Shown: positions 38,201-51,500 of the stretch, piece by piece | Numbering within the stretch: the stretch's first letter is position 1 | How the letters are laid out: every line of letters starts with the position of its first letter | DNA from: Macrostomum lignano | Lineage: Eukaryota | Assembly (NCBI GenBank): GCA_002269645.1 | Contig: NIVC01002242.1 | Span: 62,001 to 126,000 of the forward strand | Length of the DNA stretch: 64,000 nucleotides | Direction: 5' to 3' | Made by a program: the position numbers and the translations under genes | Notes under the pieces: generated by a model | Told to the model about the DNA's origin: nothing | What the model saw: only the letters and a program-made list of their open reading frames with translations | Database searches by the model: none

Positions 38201-39729
38201 CAAAGTGAGGTGAGGTGAGGTGAGATGAGATGAGATGAGATGGGATGAGCTGAGCTGAGGTTAGGTTAGGTTAGGTTAGGTGATGTGAGGAGAGGTGTGG
38301 GGAGGGAGATGAGGTGAGATGAGATAAGGTGAAATGAGGGAGATGAAATGAGATGAGGTGCAGTGAGGTGGATGAGATGGGAGATGAGATGAAGTGAGGT
38401 GAGATGAGATGAGGTGAGATGGGGGAGATGAGATGAGATGAGATTCTGTCAGTCACTGAAATGTAAGCCAAGCTCTGGCAAGCGGGGCCAAACCCGCAGT
38501 TCATCGCAGGGCATCGGCATCCACATGTACCGGGCCCAGCAGCCCAACAGCATCGATCTTCTCCAGCGCTGCATCGGTCAAAAAGCTCGCCTTCAACGCT
38601 ACGTACTGCAAAAGTACATCGAGCGTCCTCTGCTAGTTGATAAGAGAAAATTCGATCTGCGAGTCTACCTGCTGGTGCTGAGCTGCTCCTGTCCCGGCCG
38701 GCCAGGCGACCGCGGCTACTTCGCCTTCTGCCATCCCGGCTACGTGAAGGTCAGCAGCCGGGCCTACGCTGGCGACAGCCGCGACCCTCGCGTTCACTTC
38801 ACCAACCAGTGGGTGCAGCGGCGCGGCGGCCGGCAGTACGAGTGCGTCAAGGAGGCGACAACCTGGCTGCCGGACGAGCTCGACGCCTACTTGGAGCGAC
38901 GGCGACGGAATGGCAACGGGCCGGCTGTGCCCGAAGGCTGGTGCCGGCAGAAGCTTTACAGACAGGTCGGTCAGCATTGTTGCAAGCCGAATTGGAATGC
39001 TGAGAGGAGATAGGAGAAAGTAGAGAGTAGGGAGTAGAGAGGAGAGTGGAGAGAGGAGAGAGAAGAGAGTAGAAAAGTAGAGAGGAGAGAGGAGAAAGGA
39101 GAGATTAGAAAGGAGAGAGTAGCGAGTATAGAGTAGAAAGGAGAAAGGAGAGAGAAAAGAGGAGAGATTGGAGAGTGAGAACGGAGAGAGAGAGAGAGGA
39201 AAGGGACAGCGGAGAGAGAAAGAAGATAAGAGATCGGGGCGCATGGATGGACAGGCCATTGTGCAATTGTAAGCCGAAAATTCCTAGAAACATCCAACCA
39301 AAATATTTATTTAAAGCAGCCTAATTTCAAAATATTATACAAATAAAATGCTAATGAAATAGCCGGATTCCCCTCAAGGTGGCGGCCATCGCAGGCTACC
39401 TGGCCTGGTCCTGCCGGCCCTACCTGGCCAGCCGCAGGCCCGGCTGCGTGTTTCGAATCTACGGGCCCGACCTCATTGTTGACGAGGATCTGCGAGTGAG
39501 CCTGCTAGAATTCAACTGCTTCCCCTGCTACGCCAAGAATACGATGGCTCTGTCTACTAGCCTCGGCTCGATGTGGCGCGAGGCCGTTGCCATAGCAACC
39601 GAAGCCTCGCTGCGCTACCGCGACGGTCTGCCGGTGGCGGCGCCGACAACGGCTAGAAATTTTTGCCAGGTGTTCAGCTCGCAGAATCCTGCCGTACTGG
39701 GGAAATTGATTAGCAGCTGTTTTCCCTGA
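35231..39729 (+). CDS. TTLL10: Tubulin tyrosine ligase-like glycylase, TTLL10-like; exons 35231..35505, 36483..36751, 36952..37131, 37742..37778, 38500..38965, 39379..39729 (~525 aa)
   Basis: VYVLKRT(N)SSQGIGI, QKYIERPLLVDKRKFDLRVYLL, HFTNQWVQ...KEATTW..DEL..YL, GPDLIVDEDLRVSLLEFN. The TNQ..Q...KE.T.W block resembles TTLL10. All introns are GT-AG and frame-consistent; 5' exons are less certain. Confidence 0.78.
35570..36445. repeat. 30-bp minisatellite (~29 copies) filling TTLL10 intron 1
   Basis: Unit TAGTGAGCACTGCTACCCTCCC(C/A)AATTCTT. Confidence 0.97.
37140..37440. repeat. ~110-bp repeat x3 in TTLL10 intron 3
   Basis: Recurring ATAAGGCATCTTGGTGAGCGCG ... GTGTACATTT. Confidence 0.85.
38170..38440. 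repeat. (GAGAT/GAGGT)n low-complexity repeat in TTLL10 intron 4
   Basis: Directly visible. Confidence 0.9.
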
Positions 39730-39844
39730 GCTCAGGTGCATGCGGGCGAAGGAATTACAGTGTTTGTCGGAATTTGCTGCGATTTTGGGACAGAGAGGAG
39801 TCACGAAATACGTGGGACAGAAGGCCAAAAACATCTAGGAAAGA

Positions 39845-40145
39845 GGGCCATAAACACCCGGGCAGAGGGTCATAAACACCAGTGACAGACGGCTATAAAC
39901 ACCCGGGACAGACGGCCATAAACACCCGGGACAGACGGTCATAAACACCTGGGACAAAGGGCCATAAACACCAGTGACAGACGGCTATAAACACCCGGGA
40001 CAGACGGCCATAAACACCCGGTAAAGAGGGCCATAAACACTCTGAACAGAGGGCCATAAACACAAAATTCGTACGAGCGTAAGGTCATAAACACCTGGGA
40101 CAGAGGGCTATAAACACCCGGGACAGACGGCTATAAACACCTTGG
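39845..40145. repeat. ~22-bp degenerate tandem repeat (CATAAACACCCGGGACAGAGGG) 3' of TTLL10
   Basis: Directly visible. Confidence 0.88.
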
Positions 40146-40740
40146 ACAGGGGAGAATACATGAAGTAGACGGTTATGAACACCAGATGCAGTGTAATAAG
40201 CACACGCAGCTAAAAACGGTCACGAGCATCGGAGCATGGATTCTCAAATGTCTGAAGCGGAGGAACACAAAACAGCTGTCATAGCAAATAAAATTTCTAG
40301 ACTCAAACAGATCCCAAACCAATTAAAATCGCAGACGGTACCGGCAATAAAAAAGCAATGGCAGACGTATCGCTTCTTAACTCCATTTTGTTCATCATCT
40401 TTAAATTTTTCCAGTCGCGCAACTTTGCTTCTTTTGTAATTTGCCGCAATTGAAAAGCAACGATTTAAATAAAAAAGACGACATGCTTTGGAAATTTCGG
40501 ATAAAATTGATTTTGCCTTCGTAATTTCTCAATTCTAAATGGTATTAAACCGTTGGTCATGACACTCCGGATCCTGATAAAATTGTCTGCGACTGCGCCA
40601 GCCGAGACACCCATTGTTTGGCCATAGACATTCTAAGTCACTACACAGAGCACAGATTCTACTTCGTATACACCCCTAGATGGGCCACTCCAGCCGCCTG
40701 GCTGCAGCGCAAAAACACCCGGGTTAAGACCATAGACTAT

Positions 40741-40934
40741 GGGCCGTATGCAGAAAGCTCTGTCTAGGGTAGTCCGGTCTTGAAAAGCTAGTCTGGACTT
40801 GGATTTGGTATGCAGAAACACAAAGTTAGACCGGTCTACTATAGACAGAACTAAGGTAGCTAGACCATAGACTATAGAATGAACTACCCAAGTCCGGACT
40901 AGCTAGTCTGGACTAAGCTTTCTGCATACGGCCC
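40741..40934. mobile_element. 194-bp MITE, Harbinger/Tourist-like
   Basis: Perfect 19-bp TIR GGGCCGTATGCAGAAAGCT with a 3-bp duplication TAT on both sides; removing it restores CCATAGACTATAGC as in the adjacent repeat. Confidence 0.85.
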
Positions 40935-41310
40935 TATAGCTTCTGCTGCTCTCAAGCATTAGCAGCAGCAGCTGGTGTCTGTGGTCCTAATATCGGGGTT
41001 CAGACCATAGACTATAGCTTCTGCTGGTCTCAAGCATTAGCAGCAGCAGCTGGTGTCTGTGGTCCTAATATCGGGGTTCAGACCATAGACTATAGCTTCT
41101 GCTGCTCTCAAGCATTAGCAGCAGCAGCTGGTGTCTGTGGTCCTAATATCGGGGTTCAGACCATAGACTATAGCTTCTGCTGCTCTCAAACATTAGCAGC
41201 AGCAGCTGGTGTCTGTGGCCCTAACCCTGGGGTTCAGACCATAGACTATAGCTTCTGCTGCTCTCAAGCATTAGCAGCAGCAGCTGGTGTCTGTGGCCCT
41301 AACCCCGGGG
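40935..41310. repeat. 78-bp tandem repeat (~4.5 copies)
   Basis: CCATAGAC recurs at 41005, 41083, 41161 and 41239. Confidence 0.93.
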
Positions 41311-42364
41311 ATTTCGGGATCTCGGAGACGGCCGCTAAATACATTAGCGAATGTTGGAGTGACGCATCTTAGTAGTATAGAATCCGTGACTCATAGCTTG
41401 TAACTTTTGTCGTTAGATTTACAAATTAGTCCATGAAACGCAACTCCGTAGCACTATATGAAACTTTTTTTAACTTTTCGCTTCCCACTATTTACCAGTA
41501 ACTTGTAGCATCTATGAAACACTCCCTCCCCGGCAGGCAACAGGAAAATGAGTTCATAGAGGGAGTGGCGCAGGTTCAGACAAAGCAGCAATTAGTTTGT
41601 TGTCTTGGAAAATCGCCGGCCTCTTTAGACAGGAAAAAGCCATTGTTAAGTAGTAATTGTTGCTTTTGAGTTGTACAGCTGCAGGCTAATTAGTGGCAAT
41701 CGGGGTATTAGCAAAGCTAAGCTGTGTAATTTCGTATTTTGCATTCGATTGCAGTCAGAGCCTAGAAAGTTTTGTACAAAGCGAATCTCTATTAAAGCTA
41801 AACGAGCATTTAATTTAGGGTTTCAGCTTTGCCGAGGCACTTAGCCGGTTGCTAGGGGAAGTCTGCCTATGCAGTGTCAGCTCTTATCAGCTTCAATCCG
41901 CGTAGCTTCCAAAAATCGCAGGTATAGCCGCGTGCCCTATGACGTCACTTGCCTAATATGGCAAGTTTTTTATTTCAATCAATATTTTTACATACAAGAC
42001 AAAGCGACTCAATAAGTAAATTAATATTTATTGTTTACATCTATGTTAATTACTTCAGGCAAGCCTGCTGCCCACAGATAAAAAACATGCTATCAATGTA
42101 TTTTTAACATCAATTAAAAAAAGTGCTACATGCTGTTTAACAAACCCTGACACACGGTGAAATATAACAAAATTTGAGTATAAAAAATACATTTAAAAAA
42201 CAAATTACAATGCTTTTATTTAAAATGAGCACAGCCATCTGTACGCTAACAAACGTACTGTAAGGTCCCGAGTTCGATTCCCCGGCCATGGACTTTTCTA
42301 AATTCTGTCAGTATCTCGTGCGATTTTCGCGGACCAGCAAAAAGGCAGCACTCATTCGAAAGTG

Positions 42365-45300
42365 TCACCGCAGCGCCGACTCAGCCAGGTCCTGGGCCAC
42401 CTGGTTGAACGCCGACGTCAGCTGGCGAACCTTCGCCTCCAGCCGCTGCTTCTGCGCCTCCGTGTCCTTCAGCAGCTGCCGCATCTCCTCCTCGACTTCG
42501 GCAACTCGACTGTCGGCGTCTGACCGCGCCTTGGCCAGCTGGCGCTCCAGCTGCTCCACCTGGCGCCGGTGCCCCGTCTGCTGGGCGTCCAGCTGAGCCC
42601 TGAAGGCGTCGTCAGCTGTCCGCAGCTGCTCGGTGGCGGCGGTCGCCGCGGCCGCCGATTTGTCCCGTTCGGCGCGCAGTTCAGCCTCGCGTCGTTCGAA
42701 TTCCGAGCGCAGCTGCTCAACCTGCGCCTCCATGCGGCTGATTTGGTCGGATTTGTCCCGCCATCGGCTCGTGAGCTGCGCAGCGTTGCGCTCAGCCCGC
42801 TGGCACCGGTCGGTGAGCTCCTCAACCTGCTGCTTCAGCTCGTCCTTGCGCTCAGTTAGCGCCTTCACCTGGTCCTGTGGTAGGGGCGGAGGCAGGGCTC
42901 CCATTATGATTATCCCATTTCTCCCCAATCCCAATGTAAATTATCCCATTTCTCCCCAATCCCAATGTAAATTATCCCATTTCTTCCCAATCCCAATGTA
43001 CATAATCTCATTTCTTCCCAATTCAAATGTACATTATCTTATTTCTTGCCTATCCCAATGTACATAATCTCTTTTCTTCCCAATTCCAATGTAAATTATC
43101 CCATTTCTTGCCAATCCCAATGTGCATTATCTCTTTTCTTCCCAATTCGAATGTACATGATCCCATTTCTTGCCAATCCCAATGTACATAATCCCATTTC
43201 TCCCCAATTCCAATTTGCATTATCCTATTTCTTCTCAATCTCAATGTACATTATCGCATTTCTTCCCAATTCAAATGTACATTATCTTATTTCTTGCCAA
43301 TCCCAATGTACATTATCCCATTTCTTGCCAATCCCAATGTGCATTATCTCTTTTCTTCCCAATTCGAATGTACATTATCCCATTTTTTGCCAATCCCAAT
43401 GTACATTATCCCATTTCTTGCCAATCCCAATATACACTATCCCATTTCTTCCCAATCCCAATGTACATTATCCCATTTCTTCCCAATCCCAATGTACACT
43501 ATCCCCTCTCAAGGCTGCGATCTCTCACCTCGGCATCCCGCCGGCTCTCAGTCTCCAACTGCAGCTGCTCCTCGAGCTGGCGCGTCCTCTCAATGCCCTC
43601 CTCTTGGACCCGTTTCACTGCGGCGTCCTTCTCAGCTAGGCTGTCCTTCAATTTCCGGACAGTGTCCAGCAGGTCCTCGGCCACTTTAGTCTTGATCCGC
43701 AGCGCGTCAGTCTCCTGCTCTAGCTGGCGCTTCAACGAGGCCACCTCGGACTGGAGCAGCTCCACCCGGCTCTCCAGCCGCCCCCTGTCCTGAGCCAGCG
43801 CGCTGCCCTGCTGCGCCAACTCGTCCGCCCACAGGCGTTTCTCAGCTCGGAGGCCCTCGATGAGGGAGTCTTGAGCAGCCAGCTGAGCTGTGAGCCGCTT
43901 GTTCTCCTTGCGCAGCGACTCCATGTCCGTCAGGCGGCGCCTGGCATCCTCCAGCTGCTCCTCCTGCTTCTGGTCCCGAGCCTGCCAGGTGCGAGAGTAG
44001 AGAGAACTGGGGTGAGATTATTGGGCTAGAATGGTGAGATTTAGGGAGTAGATAGTGAAATAGAGATAAAGTAGATGGAGATAGAGAGAGTAGATGGTGA
44101 AATGGAGTAGGTAGTAGGACAGAGACATCGGGAGGGAGAAAAAGAGAGAGAGAGAGTAGACGGTGAAATTGAAGGATAAGATAGTGAGATAGACGGAGTA
44201 GATGATGGGGGTAGAATGATTAGACAGTGAGAAAGAGAGAGTAGACTGTGAGATCAAGAGAATAGACGGTGAGATCAAGAGATTAGACAGTGAGATCAAG
44301 AGAATAGACAGTGAGATCAAGAGATTAGACAGTGAGATCAAGAGAATAGACAGTGAGATCAAGAGATTAGACAGTGAGATCAAGAGATTAGACAGTGAGA
44401 TCAAGAGAATAGACAGTGAGATCAAGAGATTAGACAGTGAGATCAAGAGATTAGACAGTGAGATCAAGAGATTAGACAGTGAGATCAAGAGATTAGACAG
44501 TGAGATCAAGAGAATAGACAGTGAGATCAAGAGAGTAGACAGTGAGATTTAGTGAGACTTGAGTAAGAGACGTAACTCAGCAGCAATCTTAACAATCTTC
44601 TAAAACACAAAATGAGCCTCGCCTTCTGAGCCTTGATCTCCTCCTGTCGGGTTTTAGCCGCAGTCTCCAGTTTGATTTTCTGCTCCTTGGCCAGCTGAAA
44701 TTTGAAGTTAAAAACAATCAGTTTAGGCTAAAATCTGAGACACGGAGAAATAATTCAAATGGTAGAGGTGAGCGCACTGGAGACCAAAACAGGATAGCGG
44801 AGGGTCGACGGTAAATGGGAGGTTTAAGGATGAATCACGGGACGCGAACATAGCGTTAAGCAGAGGGCGGTTATTAAGAGTGTGGCCTGGATTCTTCTTC
44901 TGGACCTCTCATTTAGCGTCAGGAATTTTAATTACGGGTGCCTGACATCAGGTCGATGGCCGACAAATGAGCCACCTGGGCCCGCTTTGAGCTGCGCTGT
45001 TCTTGGAGCGGAATCGGATACAGTAGAGACGGGACCGATGCGCACAGACAGACAGCCAGACACACAGACACTAAGACAGACACTAAGGCAGACAGACAGA
45101 CAGACAGACACTAAGGCAGACAGACAGACAGACACTAAGGCAGACAGACAGACAGACACTAGGGCAGACAGACAGACAGACACTAAGGCAGACAGACAGA
45201 CAGACACTAGGGCAGACACTAAGGCAGACAGACAGACAGACACTAAGGCAGACACTAAGGCAGACAGACAGACAGACACTAAGGCAGAAACTAAGGCAGA

Positions 45301-45527
45301 CAGACAGACAGACACTAAGGCAGACACTAAGGCAGACAGACAGACAGACACTAAGGCAGACAGACAGACACTAAGGCAGACGGACAGACACTAAGGCAGA
45401 CGGACAGACACTAAGGCAGACACTAAGGCAGACGGACAGACAGACACTAAGGCAGACAGACAGACAGACACTAAGGCAGACGGACGGACAGACAGACAGA
45501 CGGACAGACAGACAGACGGACAGACAG

Positions 45528-45565
<38 letters not shown>

Positions 45566-48500
45566 GGACAGACAGACAGACGGACAGACAGACAGTCAGG
45601 CAGACAGACAGTCAGGCAGGCAGACAGACAGTCAGGCAGACAGACAGTCAGGCAGACAGACAGTCAGGCAGGCAGACAGACAGACAGTCAGGCAGACAGA
45701 CAGTCAGGCAGACAGACAGTCAGGCAGACAGACAGTCAGGCAGGCAGGCAGACAGACAGTCAGGCAGACAGACAGTCAGGCAGACAGTCAGGCAGACAGA
45801 CAGACAGTCAGGCAGACAGACAGGCAGACAGACAGACAGTCAGGCAGACAGACAGACAGTCAGGCAGACAGACAGTCAGGCAGACAGACAGTCAGGCAGG
45901 CAGACAGACAGACAGTCAGGCAGACAGACAGTCAGGCAGATAGACAGTCAGGCAGACAGACAGTTAGGCAGACAGACAGTCAGGCAGGCAGACAGACAGT
46001 CAGGCAGACAGACAGTCAGGCAGACAGACAGTCAGGCAGACAGACAGTCAGGCAGACAGACAGGCAGACAGACAGACAGTCAGGCAGACAGACAGACAGT
46101 CAGACAGTCAGGCAGACAGACAGACAGTCAGACAGACAGACAGTCAGGCAGGCAGACAGACAGACAGTCATGCAGACAGACAGTCAGGCAGACAGACAGT
46201 CAGGCAGACAGACAGACAGTCAGACAGACAGGCAGGCAGTCAGACAGACAGACAGTCAGACAGACAGACAGACAGACAGACAAAACAGACCTGCGACAGC
46301 TCAGCCAGCAGCTTCTCCCGCTCGGCCTCGCGGCCCCTGGCAGCCTGGTACAATTCGCGCAGTCCGGCCGCCTCCTCGGTCGCCTCTGCCGCCTGCCGCT
46401 TCAGCTGCTCCTCAGACTGCGCCTGCAGCCGCAGCGCCAGCCGGAACTCATCCTCCAGCGCGCGGTACCGCTCGCCGGCCTCCGCCAGCCGCTCCTCGAG
46501 TCGGCGAATCGCCTGAGCCGCACATCGCCTCTCCCTGTCAGCCTCCTTAGCAACCAGAGATTCGAGCTCGGGACTGCCCAGCCGGTAGCAGCCGGCCAGC
46601 TGGTGCTGGAAGTCCCGCTCCCGTTCCGCTAGCAGGTGCTCCGCCTGGCGCAGCGACTCCCCTAGGCGCTCCGCTTGGTCGCGCTGCGTCGCCGCTTCCA
46701 CCTCGGCACGGGCGGCGCGCTTCTCGGCTTCGGCCGCCGACTGGGCGCGCCGACGCTCCTCACCGCTGGCGGCGCGGCGCAGGCGCTCCAAGCCGGCGCG
46801 CATCTCCTCGACGCGGCGCTCGGCCTCAACGCGCGCCGATTCCGCTGCGGCGCCGTCGGCCTCCGCTTTGGCGGCGCGAGCCTCAGCCGATTCGCGCATC
46901 TCGCGCTCGTCTGCCGCGGTCGACTTCAGCTTCTCGGCTGCGTCGACGGCGGCGGCGCGAACGGCGGCGTCTTCGCGGCTCTGCGCCTGCAGCAGCTGGG
47001 CGTGCTCGGCGAGCCGGCGGCAGGCCGCTTCGCTTTTCCAGCGCCGCTCGCGTTCGAGGTCGAGCTCGCGGAGCAGCTCCTGGGTTGGTGGGAGGCGGGG
47101 GTTCGAGCGTAAGGATTTCTCCCTTTTGGGGATTCGAGTTTGAGTATTTCTCCTGTTTGGGGAATCGAATTTGAGTATTTCTCCTGTTTGGGGATTCGAG
47201 TTTGAGGATTTCTCCTGTTTAGGGATCCGAGTTTGAGAATTTCTCCTATTTAGGGATTCGAGTTTGAGGATTTTTCCTGTTTGGGGATTCGAGTTTGAGG
47301 ATTTCTCCTGTTTGGGGATTCGAGTTTGAGGATTTCTCCTGTTTGGGGATTCGAGCTCTGGGATTTTTTAGGTTCAAAGATAAAAGAGATTACTAGTGAA
47401 AAAATGCGAGGCTGTGGGATTTAGTATGCAGCTGTGATGATGGGGCAGTTGTGATGCTGGGGCAGTTGTGATGCTGGGGCAGCTGTGATGCTGGGGCAGC
47501 TGTGATGCTGGAGCAGTTTTGATGCTGGGGCAGCTGTGATGCTAGGGCAGTTGTGATGATGGGGCAGCTGTGATGCTGGGGCAGTTGTGATGCTGGGACA
47601 ATTAACAAATGATAGAAAAGCCATCGGAATAACCGGAGGCGATAAGAGCGTGAGCCAGCGGAATCCGGGGGGGGGGCGGCTCAGGTGTGAGTAATTACCG
47701 AGCACTCAAAGCCACAGGTGCGCGGGTTGCTAACGGAGGCTAATTCCGTCATCCCAGTAAGCCCGTATGCTTCTGTTTGGCCACAAAGGGTCCCTAAAAT
47801 ACACATCGGCTGGGAATTGAATCAGGAAGGGCGCGGACGAGGATTCGGCTTCTCCCTAAAAATCCCCAATTAATTAACCGAAGCCAGAATTAGAGGGACG
47901 CAATTGACGGTTTTTGTCTAATTGGGAAAGAGCATAGAGTGAGGTCTGCGAATTTATTCGAAGTAGATATGGGGAATAAATTTCATTCTCAGTTAATACG
48001 ATTAAACTGCAGTCTTGAAAAGGTCCGAAGCTACCTGTATTCGGGTGAGAAATTGCGTGATGGGAAGTGATCTCGTTTGGCACGTCTCGGCGTCTCTGCC
48101 TTCATGAGTCTACCTCTCTAACTAACCTTCCCTTGCCTACTTCTCTGACTACTTATTCCTATCAATTTCTCTGACTACCCATTCCAGTCTACTTCTCTGA
48201 CTACCCCTTCCAGTCTACTTCTCTGACTAGCCCTTCCAGTCTACTTCTCTGACTAACTCACACTTCCTACTTCTCTGGTTACTTCTACGTGTCTACTTCT
48301 CTGACTTACCCCTTGCTATCTACTTCTCTGAATAACTCTACCTGTTTACTTCTCGTCCTCTGTCTGTCTACACTTCTCTGACTACTCTTTTCTGCCTACT
48401 TCTCTGACTACCTTTCCTTATCTACGGCTCGCACTTCCAACTACCTCCCTTGTCTGCTTCTTTGATTAATTCTACTTTTCTATTTCTCTGACTATCTATC

Positions 48501-51500
48501 AAGACTACCTTTTTGACTACTTCTCCCTATCTACCTCTCCTTACCCACCTCTGTCTACCCTTAATCTATTAAAAGGACAACTGAAGAAATCATTTTTCCG
48601 ATATCAGGTAACAAATGAGCTTGGAATTGAAGCAGATATTCTAAAAATATTCTAACAAAAGACCAATCCACGAAACTTTGAAACTTTTGTTCAACTTATC
48701 CACTCGAAAATAAAAGGGATAAGCTAAGCAAGCTGAGTGAGTGGCCCCCTAGTAGCTGAAAGCAACAATCATTGCCCTTGTTCTATAGAATGCGGCACAA
48801 TAGCCACTGCGCAAGTGAATTCGACACGTCAAACAATAGATAATTTACGCTGCCTTTGAACTTTGCAGCCCTATTGAAATCCTGCGCAAAGAAAAAGCCT
48901 GCGTCTAAAAATAAAACACAACTGCCATTCTCTACTGTGTGTAGCATGTGTGTGCCAGTCATTCCTTGTGTCCCACTATCCATGTGTGTGTCTGCCTCTC
49001 CATGTCTGTCTGTCTCTCTATGTGTCTGCCTCTCCGTGTGTGTGTCTGCCTCTCCGTGTGTGTGTCTGCCTCTCCACGTCTGTCTGTCTCTCTATGTGTC
49101 TGCCTCTCCGTGTGTGTGTCTGCCTCTCCGTGTGTGTGTCTGCCTCTCCACGTCTGTCTGTCTCTCTATGTGTCTGCCTCTCCGTGTGTGTGTCTGCCTC
49201 TCCGTGTGTGTGTCTGCCTCTCCACGTCTGTCTGTCTCTCTATGTGTCTGCCTCTCCGTGTGTGTGTCTGCCTCTCCACGTCTGTCTGTCTCTTTATGTG
49301 TCTGCCTCTCCGTGTGTGTCCACGTCTGTCTGTCTCTTAATGTGTCCGCCTCTCCGTGTGTGTCCACGTCTGTCTGTCTCTCCATGTGTCTGCCTCTCCG
49401 TGTGTCCACGTCTGTCTGTCTCTCTATGTGTCTGCCTCTCCGTGTGTGTGTCTGCCTCTCCACGTCTGTCTGTCTCTTTTATGTGTCTGCCTCTCCGTGT
49501 GTGTCCACGTCTGTCTGTCTCTCCATGTGTCTGCCTCTCCGTGTGTGTCCACGTCTGTCTGTCTCTCCATGTGTCTGCCTCTCCGTGTGTGTCCACGTCT
49601 GTCTGTCTCTCTATGTGTCTGCCTCTCCGTGTGTGTGTCTGCCTCTCCACGTCTGTCTGTCTCTTTTATGTGTCTGCCTCTCCGTGTGTGTCCACGTCTG
49701 TCTGTCTCTCCATGTGTCTGCCTCTCCGTGTGTGTCCACGTCTGTCTGTCTCTCCATGTGTCTGCCTCTCCGTGTGTGTCCACGTCTGTCTGTCTCTTCA
49801 TGTGTCTGCCTCTCCGTGTGTGTCCACGTCTGTCTGTCTCTCCATGTGTCTGCCTCTCCGTGTGTGTCCACGTCTGTCTGTCTCTCCATGTGTCTGCCTC
49901 TCCGTGTGTGTGTCTGCCTCTCCACGTCTGTCTGTCTCTTTATGTGTCTGCCTCTCCGTGTGTGTCCACGTCTGTCTGTCTGTCTCTCTATGTGTCTGCC
50001 TCTCCGTGTGTGTCCACGTCTGTCTGTCTCTCTATGTGTCTGCCTCTCCGTGTGTCCACGTCTGTCTGTCTCTCTATGTGTCTGCCTCTCCGTGCGTGTG
50101 TCTGCCTCTCCACGTCTGTCTGTCTGTCTCTCTATGTGTCTGCTTCTCCGTGTGTGTCTCCCTCTCCATGTGTGTCTGCCTTTCTATGTGTCTGCCTCTC
50201 CATTTGTGTCTTCCTCTCCATGTGTGTCTGTTTCTCATTGAGTCTGCTCTACTGGGTCTGTCTTAGCTCTAGTAAAATTATAAATTCCAGGTGACAGAAA
50301 CCGAAAAACGCCCATCAAAAGTACAATAAGCACTGTTATTAAGGGCACTCACACCGTAGGTGAGACTTTCGCCTCTCTTTTGAGCAGCAGCCGGTTGGCC
50401 TGTCACGGCCAGATTGACAGCTCCGGCCGTTGCTGACGCTGTGGCGGCTCCGCTACCGCTCGATCCGCCTTTGTCGTCCTTCTTTGTCGCGGAGTCCCCC
50501 TGCGGCTGGCGGCTGGAGTGAGTAGTTTAACGATTTTTGCTTGACATATGATGCTTAACGTCCTTCAGCTGGCGCCAAATCCTATCCTAATCCCTTCGGT
50601 CCTTCAGCTGGCGCCAAATCCTATCCTAATCCCTTCGGTCCTTCAGCTGGCGCCAAATCCTATCCTAATCCCTTCGGTCCTTCAGCTGGCGCCAAATCCT
50701 ATCCTAATCCCTTCGGTCCTTCAGGTGGCGCCAAATACAATCCTAATCTCTCCGGTCCTTCAGATGGCGCCAAATCCTATCCTAATCCCTTCGGTCCTTC
50801 AGATGGCGCCAAATCCTATCCTAATCGCTTCGGTCCTTCAGATGGCGCCAAATCCTATCCTAATCGCTTCGGTCCTTCAGATGGCGCCAAATCCTATCCT
50901 AATCGCTTCGGTCCTTCAGATGGCGCCAAATCCTATCCTAATCGCTTCGGTCCTTCAGATGGCGCCAAATTCTATCCTAATCCCTTCGGTCTTTCAGATG
51001 GCGCTAAATCCTAATCCCTTCGGTTCTTCAAATGGCGCCAAATCCTATCCTAATTCCTTCAGTCCTTCGGATGGCGCCAAATCATATCATAATCTCAGTC
51101 CTTTAGATGGCGCCAAATCCCAAACGACTCGGCCCTTCAGTGAGTTTCCCAAATTTTTTCTCCGTAAGACATATATAAATGGAATTCTCCCAAGGAATTG
51201 GCCGGGCTACTTAATTAGGAGATTAATAATACTAGTAGGAAAAAGGAGGAACGAGTGGGAGGTTCCTGTGTTCCTGTTCATGAATTCCGCTAGGACTGCA
51301 GCTTTGACCGAAAGCAAAGGAGAATGTCTACATTAATAAGTGGGCATTTACACCCATATTAGTAGCAGACTAGCAATCAGCGCCCCCCAACGGGGGGCCA
51401 ACAAAGAATGGAATAATTTTTTTGAATAAACTGCATGTAGCTTCTGACCTTAGCCTTGACATAAAAAAATCCCGCCCCCACTAAGCCTTAACATCTCAGC

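Noticed and set aside
38258-38281. (TTAGG)4 as interstitial telomere
   Set aside because: Only four units, embedded in a related GAGGT/GAGAT microsatellite.
42255-42295. tRNA gene (GAGTTCGATTCCC B-box); likewise the SINE heads
   Set aside because: No complete cloverleaf can be formed; best seen as SINE remnants.
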